In this document: piece by piece, positions 21,661 through 32,510 of the stretch | Numbering within the stretch: the stretch's first letter is position 1 | How the letters are laid out: every line of letters starts with the position of its first letter | Assembly (NCBI RefSeq): GCF_001194135.2 | Contig: NC_069007.1 | Location: 2,060,230-2,092,739 of the forward strand | Length of the DNA: 32,510 bases | DNA from: Octopus bimaculoides | Taxonomy: Eukaryota | Direction of reading: 5' to 3' | Notes under the pieces: generated by a model | What the model saw: only the letters and a program-made list of their open reading frames with translations | The model's database searches: none | What the model was told of the DNA's origin: nothing | Position numbers and translations under genes: made by a program

Positions 21661-21845
21661 TTCTGAGCATAAAATTGATCTCCAGCGGAATAAACTTTAA
21701 TTTACATTCTTTCAGGATCGGTAAAATATGTAACTATCAAGTAGGGGATCAATGTAACTGACCAGCCCCTCTTACAAACTTTCTGGCATTTTGATTATAG
21801 TAGAAAGAATTATCATCATTCTGATATTATTATTATTATTATTAT
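21661..21845 (+). mobile_element. Degraded family A SINE, 3' two-thirds, with an (ATT)n tail
   Basis: CATTCTTTCAGGATCGGTAAAATATGTAAC..GGGGATCAATGTAACTGAC matches the family A core. (ATT)n at about 21826-21845. Confidence 0.6.
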
Positions 21846-22784
21846 TTGATGTTACCCGCGGCTAAATATGCGTATTTAATATTAAGTGCCTACCTAGTTA
21901 CATATGCAAAATATGTAAGGAATAAATAAAGAATATGAGATGACTGTATCTGTCCATGCAAATATATTTCGAACGCAAGTTTGAATGATAAGAGGTTACA
22001 TATTAACTTCATTAAAACTAAGTGGATGTGGATACAAGTGATATTTATGGTCTTTCGGTTTCGAATCTATCGGCTAATTATCGATTACGGACGCAGAAAA
22101 TTTTTCGCCTCTATTACTAGATAACATGTCGCTTTGGAATTCGATTGTAGACACAGATCAACTAATTTGAACTAATTGGTCAAAATGGAAGTAATAAAGA
22201 TCTCAGATGAACTGATAGAGAAGCAAATAAAAATCACTGAATTATTACTATTTATGGAGAAATCGACCCTAAAATTTTAAAATCTGGTTTGCTAAAAGGA
22301 TCTCGGAATGTTATAATTAAGTGATCCTCAGGCAAGATCTCAACAGAGTTCGGTCATAAAATATAACAATAAAATTTATATGCGTCTACTTAAATTATAG
22401 CTCTAACCGAAAGCAAGAGCTATATAACATTACGGAGCATCAGATTAAATTTGTCTGAGATTTAATGTAGGCGCCCCCGGAATTATAAATTCACCGTGGA
22501 GTTGCATTTATACGCAGTATTAAATCAACTTTGTTTATGCCATGGTGGACAGAACATTTATAAACGTAAAAGGAAAACAAAAGATTAAAAGATAAATATA
22601 TCACCATAAACATTGATGTTTACTATTCATCAAGAACACGTCACACATTCGGAAATATAATGTGTGGTCCGCAATAACGTGAGGAATTTCTTTTTTTAAG
22701 TGTATAGTCGCAGCTGTCGGCAGAGGCAGCGGTATTTTCGATTCAAAAGTCATTTGACAGAAACATCCATGAATAATTCTTTTG

Positions 22785-22985
22785 TTATTTTGACTCAACG
22801 CCAGCAATTTTAAGAGAAAAGGAAAGTCGATTGCAGCGCCTCCAGCAGGTGGTTATTTTAACTATTTTATCGATCCGGAGGGGAAGAATGGCAAAGTCAA
22901 CGTCAAATCACTTGAAGTCAGAGTATGGTGCTGGAAGAAATGTTGTTACCCGTCTTCCAGCCGGTTCTGCCGTCTATCCGCCTTC
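22785..22985 (-). mobile_element. Family A SINE, old copy
   Basis: GCCAGCAATTTT..AAGTCGATT, TTTTATCGATCC..GGCAAAGTCAAC and GTTCTGCC..CCGCCTT motifs. Confidence 0.65.
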
Positions 22986-22999
22986 ACATGTATTAATAT

Positions 23000-23192
23000 T
23001 GATTTCAAATTTTGCTACAAGGCCAGCAATTTCAGAGGTTACAATGACCCCAGTGTTCAACTGGTACATATTTTTGGTATCATCGACCCCTAAAGGATGA
23101 AAGGCAAATCGACCCCGAATCAATTTGAACGGAGAACGTAAAACTGGACAAAATAATTAGCATCATTATTTTGCCTAACTTGCTCTCCTCCT
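23000..23192 (-). mobile_element. Family A SINE
   Basis: GATTTCAAATTTTGCTACAAGGCCAGCAATTTC, GACCCCAGTGTTCAACTGGTAC and GGATGAAAGGCAAATCGACC motifs. Confidence 0.8.
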
Positions 23193-23409
23193 TAACACGC
23201 GTTGATATTGCAGCACAATTTATTCCGCTGCGGTTGACTTAGCCTTTGGTTAAATCCTAGTAACCATGCTGCCCGTAGAGACCAATGTCTGACCTAACTC
23301 AGGTGAGCCACGCAAACGCATGTGCTTCGGCACCTTAGTATTGTTTGCGACCCAGTATGATAACTAAAACCTACAAAAGAACAACTAACAGGTGCCGTTA
23401 GATTGTCTG

Positions 23410-23521
23410 CTAGACTGCATGGAATAACAATGTAAAAACGCTGGTAATTCTGTCATCGCACATCCTGCAGAAGTCGGACAAAATGACGATGAAGATCCAG
23501 ACTTCTACATCGTGTCCCTCA
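23410..23521 (-). CDS. Candidate terminal coding exon (EGHDVEVWIFIVILSDFCRMCDDRITSVFTLLFHAV*)
   Basis: Acceptor TGACCCCTTTTACAG|T with only phase 2 open, which is compatible with the 24280-24375 candidate. AATAAA on the minus strand at 23219-23224. An alternative plus-strand reading exists. Confidence 0.15.
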
Positions 23522-23680
23522 CTGTAAAAGGGGTCAATGACGCTAGGATAACATACACAAGTACGTGTTTCAATTAACCGATAAAAAGCATAAATATATT
23601 CGACTATTCTATTCTACCTCTCTTCCCAAAATTGATGTTGTGGACTGTCCTTGCAGCGCACTAAAATTTAAATTACTGCG

Positions 23681-23689
<9 letters not shown>

Positions 23690-23772
<83 letters not shown>

Positions 23773-23892
23773 GGTGAGTGAGAATGAGGGTGAGAGAGAC
23801 TGAGAGGGAAAGATATCGCAAATATCTGGTTCCAGTGTTATTTAGAGTATATTATATTCCTCTCACCATCCAGGATTCTCCGACTTTCTTCC

Positions 23893-23940
<48 letters not shown>
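23690..23940. repeat. (AT)n-(GT)n-(GA)n and (CT)n microsatellites
   Basis: Directly visible at about 23680-23770 and 23895-23935. Confidence 0.9.
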
Positions 23941-24279
23941 TTTGTATGTTTGACTGTATGAATACATGTGTATATGTTTTTAGATATGTATGACACTGTG
24001 TGTATGCGTCTGTTTATGTGTGTCTCTGGTACATGTGATATTCCTGAATTTAGCATCTAATACATTAAGTCACTTTGTAAATTGAAGGTGAAATCCTTGT
24101 TTTTGTAATTGTATACATCACGCTTTGGACAGAAAACCTTATCTGTAATAGCTTCCTTCTACATAACATCCAACGCACACTCTGTGCGTTATTATCTCGT
24201 TCCGAATTCCTTGAGTCATCACTAGAAGAATTTTCTTTTATCTCATTGTTATTCTATCATTCTATCGAAGTCTTCTTAC

Positions 24280-24375
24280 TTTCTATCCAACCACTCCATC
24301 ATTTCAGGCTGATTTCGCTGCTCAGAATAATGTTGTGCGTCCTTATCCATTCTAGCTTTGTTATTGGCAATCATT
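24280..24375 (-). CDS. Candidate symmetric exon (MIANNKARMDKDAQHYSEQRNQPEMMEWLDR)
   Basis: Acceptor TTGTTCGATCTGTGTAG|A and donor AGAAA|GTAAGA bound 96 nt. Only phase 2-2 is open, and the composition is protein-like. No homology recognised. Confidence 0.3.
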
Positions 24376-24679
24376 CTACACAGATCGAACAATCTATGAT
24401 GCAGATGGCATCATATCATAGAAAATAGTTTATCTGTCCATTACAGATCGTATTACAGTGTGACGGAGGATAGAATCGGTAGAGCATCGGCAAAAATGTG
24501 AACAATCCCTTGCTACTCAAATTACCGATTTCACATCCTGTCTTGCTCTTAAACACTGTTTTTTGATTAAGGACACACAAATACTTTGCAGGGTTCGGTT
24601 TGGTACTACGCAGTACTTTCGACCAAATGAACTCTACTATAATTTCATATTGGCCAATGGCTTGTAAATAAGCTCCTGT

Positions 24680-24731
<52 letters not shown>

Positions 24732-25440
24732 AGGAGCTTATTTACAAGCTATACATACATAATAACATTACGTATAGATAAGAGGTTATATAATGTATGT
24801 GTGTACGTTGTTTCTCTCTGTGTACGAGGAAGTAGCTGCTTATTTCTCGCAGATGTAAACCAGCGGACAATTTAAAGCAACGATAACCGCGGTCTGAAAC
24901 CAACCCCTAGTTATCTCTAATTATGTTACACCCTTTATACCTAATATCTAAGGCGGATGTTGAATTGGAGTAAAGTATAGAGCAACAGAGAAGCTGGTTT
25001 GCGTTTAATCGTATTTCTTTTCGTTACTAATTTTTAAAACTCTCATTTTAAATCCCTCCAAGATCAAGTTTGAATTCTGCCTTCTTGAACGTATGAAATC
25101 AAACGCTTAGCTTCTCTCCTGAAAGTGTGTAACTATGGTAATATTTTTGAATGATGCTTGGAAATTATCATTTGACTGAATAGACATGGCTTCGGTACTA
25201 ACGTTTCTGATTTTGGTACCGTTATTTTCTTTTTCTTTTTAGATAAAATTTGCTTAGTACTCGAGTCTACATTTGTCTGTCATCGATAAAGTGATACAAG
25301 TACTTCGTTTAATGTAATCGACTATATTCTGCCTCGACAAGTGTGGCTTTGACTTTATACATTAAGCTGTTTTCATTGTTGTTATAAAGTAAATAACACA
25401 GAGTGAAGACGAACAGAGAAACTCTTCAAACGCGAAATAC

Positions 25441-25532
25441 TTGGTTCCGTTCCACCGCGGGGCAACTTGGGCAAGTGTCTTCTATAATTGTGGGTCGAAC
25501 ATTGTCTTATGATTGAACTTGGTTGATGGCTA

Positions 25533-25571
<39 letters not shown>

Positions 25572-25672
25572 CCAAAAAATAACGTCGACCACTAACGTGG
25601 ACAATTAATGCGCTAGAAATAGATCACATCCTCTCTCTCTCTCTCTCAGGTAGCTAGATAGATATAGATGTA

Positions 25673-25713
<41 letters not shown>

Positions 25714-26220
25714 TTTATAGATCAGGATTTAAGTGAATGAAGCACTTATATAGACCACTGGGTTGGGTCGGAAAGTTAAAATGTATACAGAACAAAAATA
25801 GGGGAATACATACGCGGGTACCGATGTAGAAGCAGAAAACTATTCAGGTTCTGTATACGATTAACTGTACCCGATTGAGTACATCATGAGACTTGATGCT
25901 GATCAAGCAATGAAAAATGCACTAAATGTACGGTCCATAATATACTTCGGAGCTATGCAAGGAGCAGGTTCCTAGTGTCTGTGTGTGTGTGTCTGTGTGT
26001 GTGTGTGTGTTTTAGTATTTTTTCACCTGTCAGTTGATACCTAGTGTTGTTATTTTTCTTTTTTCTTTTTTTGCATCCCCGCAAATTAGCAGTTCGAGCA
26101 TGTGAATGATGTAACCAAGAACGAGATTTGTTTTTAAATCATAAGTACTAGGGTCCATTTATTCGACTGATCCCTTCAAATCAGTAATCCACCATGGCCA
26201 CAGCCCAGTCACTGAGACAG
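25441..26220 (+). mobile_element. Family B SINE pieces: head 25441-25530 and 3' half about 25975-26220, possibly one interrupted copy
   Basis: The head contains GGCAACTTGGGCAAGTGTCTTCTA. The tail contains CATCCCCGCAAATTAGCAGTTCG..AAGTACTAGGGTCCATTTATTCGACT..CATGGCCACAG. Same strand and correct order. Confidence 0.6.
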
Positions 26221-26310
26221 GAAAAAGATGAAAGACAAAAGTCAATTATTCTAACATGCCGGCATTCCATGAAATAGGTAGCGGTGACAGGAATCATTCT
26301 TATGTGTTCT

Positions 26311-26590
26311 TATTACCTCCACCTTGGCGAAAGCAATGGTATTTTTTCGTGACTGGCACGACCCGATTAGATATTGGGATCGATCCGGTGCCGGACAAGG
26401 ATCCTGGATTATCTTTCCTATTTCTTTTTACTTAATTTTTGAGAACGGTCGGGTTCATTTTTAGTATTCTCGTTTGTGACAGCAATTGAGTTTAATTGAG
26501 ATATTCTCATTTCCCAAATCGTCTCCAGCTAATCGTTGGGAGGATGTTGGTGTTGCCTTGGGAAGATTTGTGCTCTCTTAGTGCTCTTGT
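26311..26590 (+). mobile_element. Helentron-associated non-autonomous element (HINE/DINE-1-like)
   Basis: 5' TATTACCTCCACCTTGGCG, internal GATCCGG..GGATCCTGGATT and 3' GCCTTGGGAAGATTTGTGCTCTCTTAGTGCTCTTGT. This is the degenerate subterminal inverted repeat plus 3' hairpin layout typical of these elements. Internally shortened. Confidence 0.55.
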
Positions 26591-27469
26591 CTTGGTATAT
26601 TTTATAAATACCAATCTCCATGGTGATGATTCGTACAAGAATGAAATAAAACAGACATGAAACTAGCCATGTCATAAACACTTTACAAATCAACCAGAGA
26701 CAAGAGATATGCCCCATAATGGGAGGAATATTTTTAGTTTGTAATGTAATGTGAGGTTAACTGAGAGAAGTGGCAGATGCACCTGCGTGTGAGGATATCT
26801 GAAAAGAATGCAACGAAGATCGGGCATTTCTAAAAACAAAGAATAAACGATAAATTGAACACAAGAAAAGCGAGAAAGCCAACAGACTAATCAAATGACC
26901 GCGAAGTCACGGTCAGCGGAACGGAATACAGCAAGATGAAGTAACGAACATGCGAAGAGAGGCTGGAATTAAAAGCAGACGGATGGAGGAAAAGACTTGG
27001 TAATCTAAAAACAAAATGTAATCAAAACGGAGTGGAACAAACAAACGGAAGAATTGGACAGACGAAGGAAAGTGACTTTGATTTTGCCGATATTTTTATC
27101 CATGCAAATGAGACAAAGAATGATAATTTTATTGCTAAAACTTGACTTTTGTTGAAAACGATTTCTGTTGCTGTCAAGCAGGGAATTAATAACACAATAT
27201 TCATGGATAGATAAAAATGCTTACAATTATGGTAACTCTGTCTAAAATATACAAGAAACTCATTTGAATATAACATAGCTTTTGTTTTAATCCGAAACAT
27301 TGATGAATCAGAATCTCTCCATATAAATGTTAGCTGGTCTTTGTTGACAGCAGAATCGGCGTAGTTTCCATTTTGATTTATTAAGTACGTTCACAAAACT
27401 GGTTCGTCTTATTGCTCTTGTTATAAACGGCTACTGCTGATGTTCCTATTCCTGATATTACAGATAGTG

Positions 27470-27562
27470 TTGTTGCTCGTGGTGGTAGTGGTGGCGTCGA
27501 TGGTGGTGGTGCCGTTGCGTTGTTGCTGTTGTTGTTGTTGGGGGTGGTGGTGGTGGTGGTTG
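27470..27562. repeat. (GGT)n/(GTT)n trinucleotide low-complexity tract
   Basis: Directly visible. Confidence 0.85.
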
Positions 27563-28084
27563 TATTCCTTGTGCTGCAAGTTTCATTGTCTTTAGTTATC
27601 GTGTTTTATATCGCGTCGGAATTGTAGACATAAACACATAGAGTCTGTATGTTTATATTGTGGAACAATATAAATAGATTTCTATTCCAGCGACCGTAAT
27701 TCTGTCTGTTTGGCACAGTCGGAGATCTACACAGGAACACACAACGCACATACATGTATATTTGTATACAAACACGTCTGTACGCTTGTATATACACCGC
27801 ATGTACACTTCCACCGACACAAATACAGCTACACACATAAGCTCATAAACACACGTATGTATGTATATGAGAGTATATATGCGTGTACACGTGTGTTTGC
27901 ATGTGTGTATATGTGTCCTTTTGGTCCATCAAGTAACAGTATTAACATGAAAAGACATATATTAAAAAAAAAAGTAATATTCATAAATGTATATGTACAT
28001 ATGTGTGTATGTGTGTGTGCGCGTATGTAGGTGTATAGTTGTGGGTGCTTCTGTATTTGCGTCTAAAGAAAAGTCAACCTGGGT

Positions 28085-28178
28085 GTATATGCGTGTGTGC
28101 CTGTAGCTCACGCACTCGCATAAACGCGCATATATTCACATATATACATATGTAACATGTTAATACAAACATACACAC

Positions 28179-28229
<51 letters not shown>

Positions 28230-28500
28230 TATACATACATATATACATATATATATCATATACATACATACATGTAGACACATGCATATGTATTGATATT
28301 TAATTGTATCTGTGCCTACATGTGTGTATAACATCCACACACAGACATATTTACACATAGGCAACGGTGCAACACTTTTATAAAAACGTGTACGTATGTA
28401 TATGTATGTATATATATATATATATATACGCATGCGTGTATATATCTATTTGTCTATCTATCTACCTATGTACCTATCTATTTATCCATCTATTTATCCA

Positions 28501-28559
<59 letters not shown>

Positions 28560-28600
28560 TTATTTATCTATCAATATATCTATCTATGACCACGTTCAAC
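28085..28600. repeat. Compound (AT)n/(ATAC)n/(ATCT)n microsatellite block
   Basis: Directly visible. Confidence 0.85.
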
Positions 28601-29429
28601 TTTATACGTTTGTAATTAGATATACATATATATGCAGTATTATAATGCTTATCGATACATAATTTGGCTGCAATGTAGCGAGTATATGTGTATATGATTC
28701 GATTCTTGTATACATGAGGGTATACATACATACATACGTATACATACATATGTGTGTACATTTGTGCCTGCGCCTTCTGCGTGGCTGTGTAAATATAATT
28801 GTGTATATTATAAAGCACAATTTTTGCCTTTCAAATAGTAATGTTTTATTTATGACACATTTGATAAAATGTTTTGATTTAGAACAAGTTCGATGTTTGT
28901 TTCCATACAAGACAGCTGGAAATAAGTAACATAATCACAGAAATATAATCATACATCGATATCTGTTCAAAAACTATTGTTGTAGAATTTTTCTCTAAGT
29001 TACTTATCCGACCACCTATAACTCACACAAGATTAGCAAAAATATTTTCATCAAAAACAGATACTCACAAGTTTATTTATAAGAAGTTGACCTTTTACCC
29101 GACATTGTTTGTTAAATGACTTTCTTGCTTGCTCAGAAAGATTAATAAAACGTGATATAGTATCGGACCCTTTTCTGGTTTCCAAAAATTCTGAATTTCA
29201 GAAAAGCTTCGAGTAATGTGCGAACCCCTGAAGTCAGTAAATAAACCTTGTTTTTCAAGTTGTTTTAGTTGCACATGGTGTGCTAAACTAATTTTGTTCT
29301 TTAATTTTTGTAAGTGGAATAATTAAAATTAAACGTACACTGATTTATAATTGCATTCTTTCTGCCTGCATCTCTTAGATAAAATTATGCTCTTTAATGT
29401 TCTGTACTAAATTTTCATCCTAAAAGCAT

Positions 29430-29530
29430 TGGGTTTACATTTCGGCACAAGGCCAGAAACTTCTGGGAAGAGTTAAGTCGATTAGATTGTCTGGATAATT
29501 TGGTCGGTTTCCTTTTATCCCAGTGCTTGA
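29430..29530 (-). mobile_element. Family A SINE 3' fragment
   Basis: TTTCGGCACAAGGCCAGAAAC..GTTAAGTCGATTAGAT matches the family A 3' end. Confidence 0.6.
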
Positions 29531-30065
29531 AGCTCAAGGTGTGATTGTTGAAGCTGGCCTTGAAATTCCCCTTTGAAAGTCTCACATATTTCTTTGTCGA
29601 AACTGTGTCCCTATTATACGTAGAGTCTTGGACATGTAAGCTTGTGTGTGTGCGTGCGTGTGTGTGCGCACGCGTATGTACAGAGAGAGGGTGTGTGAAG
29701 AGAGACAAACGGACAGAAGCAGAGTAGAGAGAGGGATAGATAGAGAGATGGCAGACGTACAGACAGGCAGAAAGACAGTCAAAATTATAAAAGCCAACAC
29801 ACCAGACAATTGCAAATGTTGTATGTTAATTATTGAAGATATATAATAATAATTAACACACGCTAATGTGTTTTACACTTTAAATGTTCAATTTGAACTC
29901 GTAACAAACATCCTCTACGCTTATCTCCACTTTATTTCGCCGTCTTTAATTTTCAAACACAAATTTATTAGTCTATATCTCTCGGATAATAAAATTATAT
30001 GAGACCTCTTACACGACTATATTACTAATATCTGTTGATTATTTAACACACAGAATAATACTTAC

Positions 30066-30116
30066 AATCACGTAACTATCGCTTATACTTGGACACCTCA
30101 AAGACAAAAAATTAAT
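30066..30116 (-). CDS. Candidate small symmetric exon (INFLSLRCPSISDSYVI)
   Basis: Acceptor TTTGTTTTTGCCATTTTTCGCAG|AT and donor GATT|GTAAGT bound 51 nt. Only phase 0 is open. Confidence 0.2.
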
Positions 30117-30604
30117 CTGCGAAAAATGGCAAAAACAAATTAAATATATATTTATTGGTTATGTAAACATTTGCGTTCCATTGTGGATTCTAATTTATAA
30201 TATATGGATTTTTTTAAGTACTTCCGTTAGTGCTTTTTCTTTGCATCAAAGTAATTAACTTACTATAAAAATTTTTAACAGTCTTTTTGATCACAAAACA
30301 CATAGAATACATAAGTACTATAGGGCAAGCATTATAATGTACTTCTAATACGGTTAACTTATGGATATTAAGTCATTCAATCTCATTCAATACGTTTTAT
30401 AGTTCTACCTTTATCATAAAATTTTATATATTTCATATTTTTGCAATATTCTCTTCGCTTTAGTTGCTGCTTGCAGTTATTTCATATGGTCTGGTGTAAA
30501 ATATTACAAAAAGTAGTTGCTTTAGGATGGCGGTAGGATGAACTCATCCTAGAGAAAATATTCAATCAGGCTGGTTGGATTTCATTGAAAATAAATATAG
30601 ACGC

Positions 30605-30692
30605 TGGCATGGCTGTGTTGTTAAGGACGTTGTTTTGCAACCACGTGGTTTTGTGTTCAATCCCATTGTTCGCTGTTCGCTAACTTGGGCAA
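30605..30692 (+). mobile_element. Family B SINE head
   Basis: GGCATGGCTGTGTTGTTAAG..GCAACCACGTGGTTTTGTGTTCAATCCCA..ACTTGGGCAA has A and B boxes and the family B motif. Confidence 0.7.
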
Positions 30693-30857
30693 CAATTGTG
30701 ACTAAATTGGAAACCGAATCTGTTGGAAGCGCTTCACACACATATATATATATAGGCCGCTAAGCATTTCACTCGATGGACAAACGATTCTGCCACCTAT
30801 TTTGTACTCTGGTATAATGAAATAGAATAGCGGACGTTTTGTTCTTAAATGCAACTG

Positions 30858-30892
<35 letters not shown>

Positions 30893-31066
30893 AGATGTGC
30901 AAATGTATATATGTATGAACATAAATGTATGTAGAGTGCAAGGGATAGGAAGATAAATAGTTAGGTAGGCATAGAACTACAGACACATAGACAGCGGTGA
31001 ATCGATTGATTGTTTCATATGTATAAATACATACTTAACTAAATATATATTTATATACACGCACAC

Positions 31067-31111
<45 letters not shown>

Positions 31112-31289
31112 TGTTTGTGTTAGAATGTGTGTGTATATTTCTTATGTCTACTTCTAGACAGATTGATTTCTTACGTAAAATGTTATACAACTCTCGGGTA
31201 TCGCCAAACGTCTGCAACTCCAAATAGTCTGTAATACTACACGCCATTTCGAACGCGTGTATACACATACACACAAAATACTTATATAA

Positions 31290-31390
31290 ATATGTGTGTA
31301 TGTATATGTATATATATTTATATATCTTTATATATGTATGTGTGTGTCTGTGACTGTGCGTGTTTGTGCCTATATATATTCATGTATGTG

Positions 31391-31468
<78 letters not shown>

Positions 31469-31500
31469 CATATATATATACATATATATATGTATATGAA
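31290..31500. repeat. Compound (AT)n/(ATGT)n microsatellite
   Basis: Directly visible. Confidence 0.9.
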
Positions 31501-32123
31501 AAAGTGCGTGATTATGCGAGTTTGGGCGATGTTCAGAGTCCGATCACAAGAGAATACATCAGATTTATAAGTACATATGATAAATCACCGCAGAGGTTTC
31601 TATGAAAATCAACAATGATTTATTGAAGTCTCTGAAAATGGAGATTTTGCAGAATAATTCGAAATAGAAAAGATTGCATTCACCAAACTACATTTTGGTA
31701 AGCCGTCCGTACTTTCTGTCTTATACGATGATTTATACAAGAGATTGTTCACATAGCGCCAAACTAATCCGAAATAATTGTTCAGTCGCATTAGATGTAA
31801 TATACTAAATATTATTCTCACAAGCTTTTGTAAATTTCGGCTTTATTTGTGCCGTCAAGTATCATGGTTTGCATATAAAATGCGATATAAGATACTAAAA
31901 TATTTGTAGAAGTGACTGCACTTGTGTGTGTGTGTGTGTGTGCGCGCGCATGAGGTTTACTTAGGTATCATTATGAACAGTGAATTACTTTAAGCATTGT
32001 TGTACATCCATTTGTTAATCTGTTTCATAAAAGACACCTGAATATCCCCAATGTAAGAATGTGTACACACAGATACGCTTACACAAACACACATATGCAT
32101 ATTCAACAACATGCCCATACCTA

Positions 32124-32164
<41 letters not shown>

Positions 32165-32255
32165 NNNNNNNNNNNNNNNNNNNNNNNNNNNNNNNNNNNN
32201 NNNNNNNNNNNNNNNNNNNNNNNNNNNNNNNNNNNNNNNNNNNNNNNNNNNNNNN
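32165..32255. other. Assembly gap (91 N) between (CT)n/(AT)n runs
   Basis: N run flanked by microsatellites. Confidence 0.99.
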
Positions 32256-32298
<43 letters not shown>

Positions 32299-32423
32299 TA
32301 TATAAACACACATACACATATATAAACACACACATACACATATATATATAAACACACACATACATATATATAAACACACACATACACATATATATATAAA
32401 CACACACACACATATATATATAA

Positions 32424-32454
<31 letters not shown>

Positions 32455-32477
32455 CACACACATATATATATATATAT

Positions 32478-32510
<33 letters not shown>
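32256..32510. repeat. Higher-order (CA)n(TA)nAA compound repeat
   Basis: Repeating units of about 20-25 bp, such as ACACACACATACACATATATATAA. Confidence 0.9.

Noticed and set aside
26529-26581. Apparent plus-strand terminal exon NRWEDVGVALGRFVLS*
   Set aside because: It coincides with the 3' end of the HINE-like element.
31590-31760. Stop-interrupted plus-strand frame (FIEVSENGDFAE*FEIEKIAFTKLHFGKPSVL) as a pseudogene
   Set aside because: No recognisable family, so it cannot be supported without a homology search.

Overview
AT-rich eukaryotic genomic DNA from a gapped draft assembly, most likely an octopus/coleoid cephalopod. This is inferred from very dense (AT)n/(CA)n/(GA)n microsatellites and from recurring tRNA-derived SINE families that match abundant octopus repeats as I recall them. 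The window looks intronic or intergenic. I cannot identify any protein-coding gene with confidence, and nearly all listed ORFs are microsatellite or SINE read-throughs. Supported content: about 20 SINE copies or fragments from three families (labelled A, B, D here), a Helentron-associated (HINE/DINE-1-like) element, a probable Helitron 3' end, two elements bounded by near-perfect inverted repeats (one enclosing a degenerate hammerhead-ribozyme-like motif), a roughly 260-bp fold-back palindrome, a 14 x 21-bp minisatellite that arose inside a SINE head, and three N gaps. Several splice-site-bounded open frames could be exons of an unidentified gene, but these are low confidence. I see no evidence for a new multi-gene system. 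The most interesting signals are repeat-derived RNA structures, relevant because coleoids edit RNA extensively (A-to-I). All coordinates and alignments were read by eye, and family assignments are from memory rather than a database search.
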